From: a virus | DNA length: 64,000 bases | Reading direction: 5' to 3' (one strand) | IMG/VR virus record: IMGVR_UViG_3300036861_000632 | Coordinates: 1-64,000 of that record | In this document: positions 16,992 to 26,493 of the stretch, piece after piece | How the letters are laid out: every line of letters begins with the position of its first letter | Numbering within the stretch: position 1 is the stretch's first letter | Notes under the pieces: generated by a model | Told to the model about the DNA's origin: nothing | Seen by the model: only the letters and a program-made list of their open reading frames with translations | The model's database searches: none | Program-made: the position numbers and the translations under genes

Positions 16992-17975
16992 ATGTTGACC
17001 ATCTGCCTGACAACCTGCCGGCCCGAACCGAAGTTTGATTACTTCTTCGACTCATTGCATCGGGAACTGTGCGGCGATTACAGGGGCGTCACTATTGTCA
17101 TCGTGGATGCGCTCCTGAATCAGCGCCCTCCGAACCTTGCAATCCAGCGGTCGGTTGCTGGCAGTGCGACACTTCACTGTGCAGACCCGAAACCGACGCT
17201 TCACTGGATAGAGCCGAAGCCGAACTTGTGGCAGGGCGTCCATCGCCTCACGAGCCAAGACTACTGGGCGAAGTGCAACGCGCTCAACACGGCGCTCTGC
17301 TACGCTCCCGATGGTTGGTTCACCGTCATGGACGATCTTGGTGTGCTAATTCCCGGCTGGGGCAAGGCGCTCAAACGCGCGATGGTAGATGACAAGATCA
17401 TCACCCTGGGCGCTTACAAGAAGGTGAAGGAATTGGAGATTGAGGACGGGGCGGTGATTTCATTCAAGCCCCACTTGAACGACAGGGGCGAAGATGTTGG
17501 CCGGGATTCCCGCTGGTCGCGCGGAAGTTTTGAAGGTCCAGTACCTGCCGTGGGCGACATGATGTTCGGCCACGTCACCGCGCCAGTTGAAGCCTTCCTC
17601 AAGATCAATGGCTACCCGGAACTCCTGTGCGATTCGCTTGGATTCGAGGATGTCATCACCGGCATCACGCTCGAAAAGGCGGGCTACAAGTTTGTGTACG
17701 ATCGGACGATGCTCGTGTTTGAGAGCGAGGAACTGCATCATCTGGTGCAAGCGGGGAACGTCAAGATGACGACGGTGAAGCGGATCGACAAAGGTTGTAG
17801 CCCCAAGGACAAATCGAACGAGGTTCTTCGCCGCGCTCGCGCTGGCGACTACTCCATCTGGAACAATTACGATTTGCGGGAGTTGAGGCAGGGCATTCTC
17901 AACGGGGGAGAATTTCCTGTGCCGCTTTCCCCTGTCGTAGATTGGTACGACGGGATGGCCTTGAATCAGATGTGA
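16992..17975 (+). CDS. GT-A fold (GT2-like) glycosyltransferase
   Basis: TICLTTCR, IVIVD, CNALNTAL, MDD, INGY and GFED motifs. Confidence 0.7.
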   Translation: MLTICLTTCRPEPKFDYFFDSLHRELCGDYRGVTIVIVDALLNQRPPNLAIQRSVAGSATLHCADPKPTLHWIEPKPNLWQGVHRLTSQDYWAKCNALNTALCYAPDGWFTVMDDLGVLIPGWGKALKRAMVDDKIITLGAYKKVKELEIEDGAVISFKPHLNDRGEDVGRDSRWSRGSFEGPVPAVGDMMFGHVTAPVEAFLKINGYPELLCDSLGFEDVITGITLEKAGYKFVYDRTMLVFESEELHHLVQAGNVKMTTVKRIDKGCSPKDKSNEVLRRARAGDYSIWNNYDLRELRQGILNGGEFPVPLSPVVDWYDGMALNQM

Positions 17976-18700
17976 TGCCCGTCGTAACCGTCAGCCTGCT
18001 TGGTCGTCTGGGGAACAATTTATTTTCCTACGCCTACGCCCGCGCCTACGCCGAACGTCACGGCTTTGAGTTTCAGTGTGACCCGTGGATCGGGCAGAAG
18101 ATTTTCCAGATCAACGATACTCCCGTCCACGAGAAGAATCGGGCTATGGCGCGAAGAACCGAATTGGATGTCCGCGATGGCGAAAGCAACATCGAGTTCC
18201 GCACTTACGCGCAGAGTCAGGCGGCGATGATTTACACGCGGACGCAAGCGCGAGCATGGTTCAGGTTTCGCGAGGAACATCAGTATTTGATGCCACCTCC
18301 AGATGATCTGCTGGCACACCATCGCGTCGGCGACATGCAAGGCTATGGGTACCCACAAATCCGTCGCGCATCATACCTGACCGCCTGCGAGAAGTTCGGT
18401 TTCGACCCCAAGCTTCTTCGGTTTGTAACCGAGGAACATCCAACCGATGTGCCGGGCCTGACGAAGATGGGCCTTGGGTTCCTGCCCGACTTCTACCGGC
18501 TTGCAAACGCCCGAATTCTGTTTCGCGCAAATTCATCGTTCAGCTTTTGGGCATCCATCATCGGGAAGGCTGAGAGAGTGTTCAGCCCGGTCATCCGGGG
18601 ACTCGAAGGCGGACGTGAACATGATGTGAATTTCATTGAAGGATTATGGCCGCGCTTGGCCGATCTCGATGGAGTGACCGACTTACACCTACCAACATGA
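17975..18700 (+). CDS. GT11 family (alpha-1,2-fucosyltransferase-like) glycosyltransferase
   Basis: GRLGNNLFSYA, HHRVGD (HxRxGD) and NSSFSFWA. Confidence 0.85.
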   Translation: MPVVTVSLLGRLGNNLFSYAYARAYAERHGFEFQCDPWIGQKIFQINDTPVHEKNRAMARRTELDVRDGESNIEFRTYAQSQAAMIYTRTQARAWFRFREEHQYLMPPPDDLLAHHRVGDMQGYGYPQIRRASYLTACEKFGFDPKLLRFVTEEHPTDVPGLTKMGLGFLPDFYRLANARILFRANSSFSFWASIIGKAERVFSPVIRGLEGGREHDVNFIEGLWPRLADLDGVTDLHLPT

Positions 18701-19281
18701 AACCTTTCGAGGAGCGAATGCGCTACGAGTATAACCTGACGCCCGACAGCGTGGTCATCGACGCGGGCGGGTATGAGGGGAACTTCGCCAAGATGATTGC
18801 TGACAAATACGGATGCAAGGTGTTCGTGTTTGAGCCGGTGTCCCGGTTCGCTGAAATCATCGAGAAGAAGCTGTCCCACTACCAGAATATCGACGTATTC
18901 CGATTTGGCATCGGTGCCGTAACAGGCCCGAAGAAATTTCATGTCCAGAACGATTCGACGGGCGAATTCGCCGGGAGCACTGACACCGAGATCGTCCAGC
19001 TTTTCAGCATAGATGAAATTGATGATGCACTTGGGTTCCCGCTGTTCGAGGATGACGTTTCACTTTTCAAGTTAAACGTGGAAGGGAACGAGTTTTGCAT
19101 TTTGGAGCGCGCCCTAGAAACAGGACTGGTCACTCACTGGCGCAACATCCAAGTCCAATTTCATCCAATCGTCCCTGACTACGAAGCCCGCTATCAACGC
19201 ATCCGCGAAGGCTTGCTCAAGACGCACGAGTTTACGTTTGACGAACCTTGGATCTGGCAGAATTTTGAATTACGCAAATGA
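18697..19281 (+). CDS. FkbM-family methyltransferase
   Basis: VIDAGGYEG, FEPV, KLNVEGNE and IQVQFH. Confidence 0.85.
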   Translation: MKPFEERMRYEYNLTPDSVVIDAGGYEGNFAKMIADKYGCKVFVFEPVSRFAEIIEKKLSHYQNIDVFRFGIGAVTGPKKFHVQNDSTGEFAGSTDTEIVQLFSIDEIDDALGFPLFEDDVSLFKLNVEGNEFCILERALETGLVTHWRNIQVQFHPIVPDYEARYQRIREGLLKTHEFTFDEPWIWQNFELRK

Positions 19282-19627
19282 AGACGTTGCTCACCAAGCT
19301 CAAAGCAAAACTGCGCGACTGGCTTTTTGCGGATTACAAATGGGTGACGCGCGCACAAGTGCAGCGTGAAATCTGTGCGGCACGGTGGGAATACCGAAAC
19401 TATCCACTCGTGCAGCGCGTTCTCTCGGAACTTCAAGAAACGATAAAATGAATACCTCACACGAACCACATTCCGGCATGTTCCTGATCGTGCCGTCCAG
19501 TCTGCGGGCCTTCACCGGCATGGATTGCTACTGGGTTTTGCCGCTGACTCTTTCCGGCAATCCGGCGTTCAGCCACATCAATTACCTGACCGCTGAAGAA
19601 GTCGGGCAGGAGTTCGGAGGAAACTGA
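19278..19627 (+). CDS. Two small coupled hypothetical ORFs (19278..19451, 19448..19627)
   Basis: ATGA overlaps chain them between the FkbM and GT25 genes. Confidence 0.45.
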
Positions 19628-19628
19628 C

Positions 19629-20312
19629 ATGCACATCGGAAAATACTTCGACCAAATCATTTGCATCAACCGCGTTTCCCGTACTGACAGAAGGCGGCAC
19701 GCCGCGGCTCAGGCGATCCGTTGTGAACTGTTCGACCATGACAACTTTCAGTTCTTCACAGCCCATGATGGCCACATGCTCGACGGCACGTTCAATGGCA
19801 ACTTTGGATGCACCGCCTCTCACCGCGGCGTCCTTGAACTCATCGCGCATCACGGCTGGGAACGGACACTTGTGCTCGAAGACGACTTTGACGTGGTTGA
19901 ACCTGGCCGTTACGCCGACCACGCGAAGAACCGCCTGCCGTTCAACGAGCAATGGGCGAAGATGATCGGCGAAGTGCCGGACGATTGGGAGATGCTCTAT
20001 CTCGGCGGGCATTACGCGGAGGCACCGATTGCGCGGGTGTCCGAGCACGTCATCCGCATTGGCCGGATGCTGACCACGAGCAGCTACGGCATCACCGCGA
20101 AGTTCGCCCGCAAGATTGCGCCTCATATTTCCGGCATCGGCCCCATCGACGTGCTCTACGGCGGGTTCCACCGCGAGAACCGCTGCTACTGCTTCACGCC
20201 GCGCTTGATGGTACAGTATGAAAATCTAAGCGACCTCCAGCATCGCAAAATGGATAACTCTCAATGTATGCTGGACCCGAACCACGAGGCGATGGTGCCG
20301 TTCAGCGACTAA
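19629..20312 (+). CDS. GT25 family glycosyltransferase
   Basis: INRVSRTDRR, GCTASHR, LVLEDD, WEMLYLG and PIDV. Confidence 0.85.
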   Translation: MHIGKYFDQIICINRVSRTDRRRHAAAQAIRCELFDHDNFQFFTAHDGHMLDGTFNGNFGCTASHRGVLELIAHHGWERTLVLEDDFDVVEPGRYADHAKNRLPFNEQWAKMIGEVPDDWEMLYLGGHYAEAPIARVSEHVIRIGRMLTTSSYGITAKFARKIAPHISGIGPIDVLYGGFHRENRCYCFTPRLMVQYENLSDLQHRKMDNSQCMLDPNHEAMVPFSD

Positions 20313-20883
20313 AGCCTGCATCGTTTGTATTCATGCGCCCTGTCGCGCCATCCAGTTGCTCCTTCTTTGCGAAGATTTGCAACTTGGGCGTCGGCACCGT
20401 GTAGAGCGACCGCGCTTGCAGGCGAAAGTAACCATCAGGCAGGTTGGTCACATAGACGGGGATCGTGATGATGCCGTTCGTCATGCTGTCCTCCCACTCG
20501 CAGCGGCCAGAACGAGAACCCAAATCATCGGTTGGCGGATAATAAGTGGCGTGCATGTTTGACCGGCCTACTGCGGTTCCGATTATACGGTTGGTCATCT
20601 CCGTTCCCGGCGCGTAGAACAAATCGCCCCGCCATATTTCCGTGTAAGGCTTCCGCAAGTCGGTCGTGAATCCGATGGTGTAAAAGGTGTTTGTCACAGC
20701 ATACCACGAGAGCGTCAGCTTGTTCGTAGCGACCACAGTGACGACCAGTTCGCCCGGCACCATCCGCTTGCCGGCGCGCGAACCAGCCTTGATGGACTCG
20801 ATGACCTTCGGCAGTTGCGGCGTCGCAACGCAGCCGACCAGAATGCCGACGAAGGCGGCGACCAGCCAGTTGCCCACCGCCAT
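20302..20883 (-). CDS. Lipoprotein, paralogue of 23291..23785
   Basis: Lipobox LVGC; shares GKR..PG, SW, Y...FT.DL..PYTE.WRG, GR.N, YPPT and TNG with its paralogue. Confidence 0.65.
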   Translation of the reverse strand: MAVGNWLVAAFVGILVGCVATPQLPKVIESIKAGSRAGKRMVPGELVVTVVATNKLTLSWYAVTNTFYTIGFTTDLRKPYTEIWRGDLFYAPGTEMTNRIIGTAVGRSNMHATYYPPTDDLGSRSGRCEWEDSMTNGIITIPVYVTNLPDGYFRLQARSLYTVPTPKLQIFAKKEQLDGATGRMNTNDAGFSR

Positions 20884-20942
20884 TTTGGCGGGAATTTGGA
20901 TTTCAGGTTTGCGGTCGGGCCAAGTAGTTGATGGTGGGCGTT

Positions 20943-23294
20943 TCATGGTGTGTTGGTGATGATGACTGGAAAAGGGGTGGACATCTCCACGTTCGTCCCC
21001 CGGAACACTTTTGCGAAAATCGTCTGAGACCCGCTGGCATTCGTGCCGGGGTTGAACCGGATGGCATAGGGCGGATTCGAGGCGATACCCAGCAGTGTCG
21101 CATTGCCCAGCCAGAATTCGACGCGCGGCACGGGCGGCAGGGCACTCAGGAATACCAGCGATGCGTCACTCGTGCGCTCTTGGTCGTCGAACACCACGAC
21201 CTCAAAGGCGCTGGTGCCGGGCGTTTCCAGCACGATATTCCTACGGCCTTCCAACATGTCGCTGACGCGCCCTTGGTGAAGCCACGGCTGCACGGCGTAC
21301 GACGTGGGCCGGTTGCTGGGATTCGAGGCCGTCAGATCAAAGGTGACGGTGTGTGGAGCCGGCCCGCGATTCGTGCTCATGGAGAACGCGAGTCGAGGCA
21401 CGTAGGTCGATGGATTGATGCGGATGACCGCCGTGGTCGAGACCCCAAAGTTGCCGGAGCGGTCGAACACGAACGCGCGGCCCGTCGTGGCGTTCGTCAC
21501 CGCCAGCACCGAAACGAAGTAGGGATTCGTGCGGCCGTCCGGCACCTGGTTGAATGTCCACCACGAGTTCGGCCCCACGTCCATCTGGAAAACATACGAG
21601 CACGTCTGCGGGTCGAGCCGGTTGGTATCCACCGAGAGCGTATGTTCAAACCAGCCGGCGGCATTCGTCTGAAAAGTCCAGTGGGTGATGAACTGCGAGA
21701 GGTTGGTCCGGGCTTTCTCATCCCGATACACGAACGCCGTGCGCGCCACCGACGAAATGCCGGCGTGACTGTCGAGCGCGTGGAAGGTGAACCAAGCTTG
21801 GTCATCGTAAGCCCACGGCGCGGCGGTCAGCGTGAAATCGTTGCTGGCGGTGCCCGCGGCGAAGCGATGGCTGCCAAACAGGGCGGAGACGCCCTCTCCA
21901 AAACCTGAAAGATCGAAGCCGCTTTGGAGCCGGTAGGTGATCGCGTCGCCATCCGGGTCGGTGGCGTTCGCGCGCCAGCGCACGGATTGCCCTGCGTTCA
22001 ACACCGCATTCGCACCGTTGACGGTGAGCGTGGGCGGATGGTTCGCGAACGGATGGAGCACTTCGGGATTGTTGACGAGCTTGTTGAGATTCAGCCGGCC
22101 ACCGCTGAAGCACGGCAGGTTGCGCGCATCAAGGCTGGCCTGCGAGAGCAACAACTGCTTCACCTGAAGTGGAGCGAGTGCCGGGTTGAGCGCGAATAGC
22201 AACGCGGCGGCGCCAGTGACGTGTGGCGCAGCCATCGAGGTTCCACTCAGGAACTTGTAGCCGGACGGATCGCACAATGAGCCTGAGCCGGTGCACACGG
22301 TGGAGTAAATCGAAACGCCCGGCGCGGCAAGGTCGGTGCCAAACCAACCGTAATTGCTGAACGTCGCCCGCGCGTCCTGATCGTCGGTCGCCATGACCGA
22401 AATGATCTGGTCCACCGGGATGCTCGCCGGCCAGAATTGGTAAATGTCCAGATCGCCACCGTTGTTGCCCGCCGCGCAGACGATCAACAGGCCGGCGTCC
22501 CCGGCGGCTTGCATCGCGTCGGCCAGCGCCTGATCTGGTCCACCCCCGCCCCACGAACAGTTGATGGCGCGGATGTTCACGCCGGCTTGTTTCAGATCAA
22601 CGGCCTTTTCGATCATCAACATCCCGTCGCTGATCTGCCCGCTGCCCGTTTCGTTGAGGAACTTGAGGTCGATGATCCTGAGTCCACTCCAAGCGAGGCC
22701 GGCCACGCCGACGCCGTTGTTGCCGACCGCGCCGATGATCCCGGAGCAGTGCGAGCCGTGCCCATGCTGGTCGCCGGTCGTGGTTCGGATGAGACCGAAC
22801 TGGGCTTGGTAGCCGTGCTCGCCATTTGTGCCCGTCCACGCAACGGGCGCGAGGTCAGGATGAGTAAAGTCCACGCCGGTATCGCATACGGCGATGATGA
22901 CGTTCGTGGCGTGCGTGAGGCGGTCCCATGCGAGCGGCGCTTCGATCTTCACCGGCCCCCACTGCTGGTTGAACAGCGGATCGTTTGGCACCGCCTGAGT
23001 CGTCACGATGCGGTCCTCTTGAACCGCGTCGAAGAGCGGCGAGTTTAGATAAGCGGCGAGAGCGCGCTTGGCGGCGGCATCATTCGATGGCAGCCGGACG
23101 ACATGCCAGCGGACGTACTTGAACTGGTGAACCTTTTGCGCGCCGTGCTGGCCGTGGAATTTATCCGCGTCGATTTCCGACCCCTTCTTGACCCGCACTA
23201 GGATCGTCGCCCCAGCGGGATTTACGAAGCGTTGATACGGTGCCGCGCCCAGTGACAGCGTGACCGCCAGAAGAATGAGCGCGACCAGATTCAC
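20943..23294 (-). CDS. Secreted subtilisin-like S8 serine protease with Ig/PKD-like C-terminal domains
   Basis: Signal peptide; triad CDTG, HGHGSHCSG, SGTSMAAPHV; oxyanion AAGN. Confidence 0.95.
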   Translation of the reverse strand: MNLVALILLAVTLSLGAAPYQRFVNPAGATILVRVKKGSEIDADKFHGQHGAQKVHQFKYVRWHVVRLPSNDAAAKRALAAYLNSPLFDAVQEDRIVTTQAVPNDPLFNQQWGPVKIEAPLAWDRLTHATNVIIAVCDTGVDFTHPDLAPVAWTGTNGEHGYQAQFGLIRTTTGDQHGHGSHCSGIIGAVGNNGVGVAGLAWSGLRIIDLKFLNETGSGQISDGMLMIEKAVDLKQAGVNIRAINCSWGGGGPDQALADAMQAAGDAGLLIVCAAGNNGGDLDIYQFWPASIPVDQIISVMATDDQDARATFSNYGWFGTDLAAPGVSIYSTVCTGSGSLCDPSGYKFLSGTSMAAPHVTGAAALLFALNPALAPLQVKQLLLSQASLDARNLPCFSGGRLNLNKLVNNPEVLHPFANHPPTLTVNGANAVLNAGQSVRWRANATDPDGDAITYRLQSGFDLSGFGEGVSALFGSHRFAAGTASNDFTLTAAPWAYDDQAWFTFHALDSHAGISSVARTAFVYRDEKARTNLSQFITHWTFQTNAAGWFEHTLSVDTNRLDPQTCSYVFQMDVGPNSWWTFNQVPDGRTNPYFVSVLAVTNATTGRAFVFDRSGNFGVSTTAVIRINPSTYVPRLAFSMSTNRGPAPHTVTFDLTASNPSNRPTSYAVQPWLHQGRVSDMLEGRRNIVLETPGTSAFEVVVFDDQERTSDASLVFLSALPPVPRVEFWLGNATLLGIASNPPYAIRFNPGTNASGSQTIFAKVFRGTNVEMSTPFPVIITNTP

Positions 23295-23785
23295 CGTCTG
23301 ATCTCCACCGTTGGCTTTGCTCCATTGCTCCCGACGCGCCAGAATCCCATCACTCCGCTATCCGTCACTCTCACACGGACGGTCCCGTTCGTGATGCCCG
23401 GCCACGACGCGCCAATGGCCCACGCCGATCCGGCATCACTCGTCGGCGGGTAAAGCGCCAGCGTAACGTTCGTGCGCCCCGTGGCCATGCCCAGCGACGG
23501 CGGCGGGCTGCCCGGTGGATTCGCCAGACTCCCGCGCCAGACTTCGGTGTAGGGCGCGAGCAAGTCTGGCGTGAAGGCCAGGGAGTAAAAGTCGTTGCTC
23601 GACGCCGGCCATGAGATTGTAAATACGTCTGGTGCGGCTGCGGTGATTTGCACGCCCGGCGCAACGCGCTTCCCGACGCGGGCGCTCGGCGTTGGCTCCG
23701 GTGAGTAGCGCATACGGGGTAGCTGATTCTGGATCGTGCAACCAGCAACAGCGCACAGCGCGAGTGAGAGCAGGATGTTTTTCAT
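23291..23785 (-). CDS. Lipoprotein, paralogue of 20302..20883
   Basis: MKNILLSLALCAVAGC lipobox. Confidence 0.7.
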   Translation of the reverse strand: MKNILLSLALCAVAGCTIQNQLPRMRYSPEPTPSARVGKRVAPGVQITAAAPDVFTISWPASSNDFYSLAFTPDLLAPYTEVWRGSLANPPGSPPPSLGMATGRTNVTLALYPPTSDAGSAWAIGASWPGITNGTVRVRVTDSGVMGFWRVGSNGAKPTVEIRR

Positions 23786-24006
23786 AAGTTGGGACGCCAC
23801 ATTTTCGGCACGTCCATCGGAAGGTTGCAGTCGGTCTCAGTGCCGTCAGTTGCCCATCCAGCGGGGAATACTCCACACCTGGAGCCGAGCATACACACGG
23901 GACGGTCTGACCACATGATTGCAGCTTCATCGCCGTCGTCATACAGTCCGATGATGCTTGAGCCATCGCGCGGTGCCTTTTCCATCGGTAGCCATGCTGG
24001 TTTCAT
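23782..24006 (-). CDS. Phage hypothetical protein (DUF551-like W.P...APRDG)
   Basis: WLPMEKAPRDGS...PKMWRP. Confidence 0.55.
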   Translation of the reverse strand: MKPAWLPMEKAPRDGSSIIGLYDDGDEAAIMWSDRPVCMLGSRCGVFPAGWATDGTETDCNLPMDVPKMWRPNL

Positions 24007-24009
24007 ACA

Positions 24010-24465
24010 TCAACCCCAACGCATGTGGTAAATCGACGCAGCCTCGCGTGGACTCAATGTGATGATCTGCTCCATCTGAGGTTCGTAGAAAAAGACGACG
24101 GGCACAATCTCTGCGCCCTCCGGCTTTGTGTCACAGAACGCATTCGCTCCATGATCCAGCCCGTCATCACGAAAATACCAGAACTCGGCCACGGCTGCCG
24201 CACTGTCACCGTCGTAAGATAACTCGCCTGCATGTTCACGCGCTACGAAACAAGCAAACTCGCGCTCCATATCATCACAATCAGATTTGCCACGCTTGTA
24301 AACGATCTTGTTACGCTTCTTGTATTCAACCCATCTGTCAGACAGCGTGCCGGACACGAACGCAGCCGGAATCGGAAGGTAGCTTTCGTCTGCCGGAAGA
24401 ATCTTTTCTTCTGGACAAGTGATGCCAGCGGCACGGCAGGCGGAAAGAATTTGGTCAAAGGTCAT
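24010..24465 (-). CDS. Papain/transglutaminase-like cysteine peptidase (agglutinin C-terminal type)
   Basis: DCDD, HGAN and EPQ give a candidate Cys-His-Glu triad. Confidence 0.55.
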   Translation of the reverse strand: MTFDQILSACRAAGITCPEEKILPADESYLPIPAAFVSGTLSDRWVEYKKRNKIVYKRGKSDCDDMEREFACFVAREHAGELSYDGDSAAAVAEFWYFRDDGLDHGANAFCDTKPEGAEIVPVVFFYEPQMEQIITLSPREAASIYHMRWG

Positions 24466-25042
24466 TTCGTAGCCCTCAACGTTCGCTGCCTTAGCTTCAT
24501 CGCTTCACGGATCAGGTATTGCGTGTCGGCGTATTGTTGCGCATCCGAACGGCGGTCATCGGTTCGTGCTTCGATACGGAGCTTTTGAAGTGTCGCGTGG
24601 GCGGCCTCCAATTCGGTCAACACAGCGGCTGGCATTGCCAGTCGGATTGATTCACGCTTGGAAGCCATGTTGGATTCAGACAAATTCAGCACGCTTCAAA
24701 CCTTCACGAGCGATTTCGCGCATGGTCGTCGCCGCTCCAGCCGGATCGGTTGCAATCGGATAATCCCTGATGCGCTGCAACGTGGCTTTGTAATTCAACT
24801 CCCGTGCTGTTTCCGCCGTCACCACTTGCGAGAGTTCCAAAAACAGTTTGTTCGTGATTTCGAGATTCATAAAATCATGTCGAGGCGATGATGGTCAGTG
24901 GATTTTGCCCGGTCTTCTGCTGATAGCAGACGCACAGCGCCGCCGCCTGCTTCGCCAGCGTTCGTTTCCGCCGGAGCGTCATGGCCGCGTCCTTTTGCGC
25001 CCACTTTGTTTTGATACGTTGAAGTAGCGTGCAGCTTTTCAT
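24462..25042 (-). CDS. Three small hypothetical ORFs
   Basis: Closely packed ORFs at about 24462..24669, 24676..24870 and 24875..25042. Confidence 0.4.
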
Positions 25043-25072
25043 CGCGTCCTCGCTTCCTTCAACTGCGTCTGC

Positions 25073-25384
25073 TTATTTGACAACTTTTCCAAGGATTGAG
25101 TCGATGGCCTGAAGCGCCTGCACGGCATTCGTCGTGCTGGATTCCTGACCCAGTGAGCCGATGCCTACGCCCTGCGTCTTGTCCGTCTGTGTGGTCTTGA
25201 ATTTTGCCAGTTCGTTGTGGGCGTCGAACACGGTGAACACATGCGTCTTGGTGGTGACGCGCTCCGTGAATTTTCCAGTGGCATCAACCTTCTCGTTGAC
25301 TTGCATGGTCGAAAGACTGCCACACCCACAGAGCAGCGCGACAGTGACCGGGGCAATGGTGAAGTAACGGCGGATGGTGTTCAT
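25073..25384 (-). CDS. Small lipoprotein (possible spanin component)
   Basis: MNTIRRYFTIAPVTVALLCGC lipobox; close to the holins. Confidence 0.55.
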   Translation of the reverse strand: MNTIRRYFTIAPVTVALLCGCGSLSTMQVNEKVDATGKFTERVTTKTHVFTVFDAHNELAKFKTTQTDKTQGVGIGSLGQESSTTNAVQALQAIDSILGKVVK

Positions 25385-25614
25385 GCGGATTTCTTCCTTC
25401 GGGTTCTGGTTTTGGGACGGTTGGTGAAAAAGAAGTTGCCGGTGCGGATGCTCTGGATGAAGCAATCCAGACTTCGCATAAATGCTCCGGGGCGTTCGTG
25501 CCCCTCGCTGTGGAAATAAATATTCCCGGCGCGCACTACGCGGCAAAAGATGTCACCGCGCCCATCCTTGAGGATTACGAATTCGGTGGGGACTTTCTGG
25601 CCGCGTCGAGGCAT
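25381..25614 (-). CDS. Hypothetical protein
   Basis: 77 aa, coupled to the lipoprotein gene. Confidence 0.45.
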   Translation of the reverse strand: MPRRGQKVPTEFVILKDGRGDIFCRVVRAGNIYFHSEGHERPGAFMRSLDCFIQSIRTGNFFFTNRPKTRTRRKKSA

Positions 25615-25685
25615 GGGCCACTATCAACACTTTGCACCACCAGAGTCAATGACGGATTTCTGTGGTGGTGCAATCAGTGCGCGAT

Positions 25686-25864
25686 TCAAGCGGCAGGCTT
25701 GTGGCTGTAGTGGCTCCAGATGAGTCCGGCGATGAGCACGATGGCCCCCTCACATCCTCGCCGTTGAGGACGTTGGCGGCAGTGGTTGCCCCGTGGGTAA
25801 TCAAAGCCGTGCCGATGACTTTGAGGGCGGTGCGGACGAGCGAGGTGAGTTGGTCTTGGTTCAT
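25686..25864 (-). pseudogene. Two-TM holin-like gene split by a 1-nt frameshift
   Basis: MNQDQLTSLVRTALKVIGTALITHG...EDV continues as GAIVLIAGLIWSHYSHK in another frame across a G5 run (25745-25749). Confidence 0.6.
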
Positions 25865-26262
25865 GGTGTTTTGGGAGGTTCGATGTTTGTTGCTGGAGAT
25901 GAAGCATCATCCGCCTTGAAAAGTTTCTGGTCAAGCACCCGCTTGAGAACCTTTGCGTGCAATGCCCATGTCCCGCACGCAAGCAGGAAGCCCTGCATGT
26001 AAACCTGAAGATACATGGCCACTTCCGGGCAGCAGAGCTTCGGATCGAAATCCGCGATGCACGGCCAGCCGAGGAAGAACGGGCCGAGGATCGTGCCCGC
26101 CGGAACCGTCACGAGCGGGATGAACTTGTTCGGGAAGAAACGTTGAGGCACAATCTTCAGACCGTAGCCAACTGCCAGCAATGTCACGATGAGCAGCTTC
26201 GGGCCGGTGAGCGTGATGATGGAAACGATGAGTTGGTCGATTACTTCCAACGGTGAATTCAT
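25861..26262 (-). CDS. Holin
   Basis: Several TM segments with the GYGLK...PNKFIPLV signature. Confidence 0.7.
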   Translation of the reverse strand: MNSPLEVIDQLIVSIITLTGPKLLIVTLLAVGYGLKIVPQRFFPNKFIPLVTVPAGTILGPFFLGWPCIADFDPKLCCPEVAMYLQVYMQGFLLACGTWALHAKVLKRVLDQKLFKADDASSPATNIEPPKTP

Positions 26263-26265
26263 AGG

Positions 26266-26493
26266 TCAGTGTTTCGTCAGGTGTGTGCCAAGGTCATAAA
26301 GCAGCTTCAAGAAATCCAGCACGGCGATGAGTCCGATCCACTTGACCAGCCCGATGATCGCCTTGGCCCCAAGCCACCAGTCGCGCATCTCCTTGTGCTC
26401 GACAACCAGATCGTGCAGGACCTCATCCTGCAAGCAGCGGCGTTCGTTGAGCAACTTTTCCAGATCATCCCGGTCGCGTTTCGGTGGCGGCAT
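26266..26493 (-). CDS. Small C-terminal-TM protein (lysis-module type)
   Basis: Charged N-terminus followed by one TM helix. Confidence 0.5.
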   Translation of the reverse strand: MPPPKRDRDDLEKLLNERRCLQDEVLHDLVVEHKEMRDWWLGAKAIIGLVKWIGLIAVLDFLKLLYDLGTHLTKH

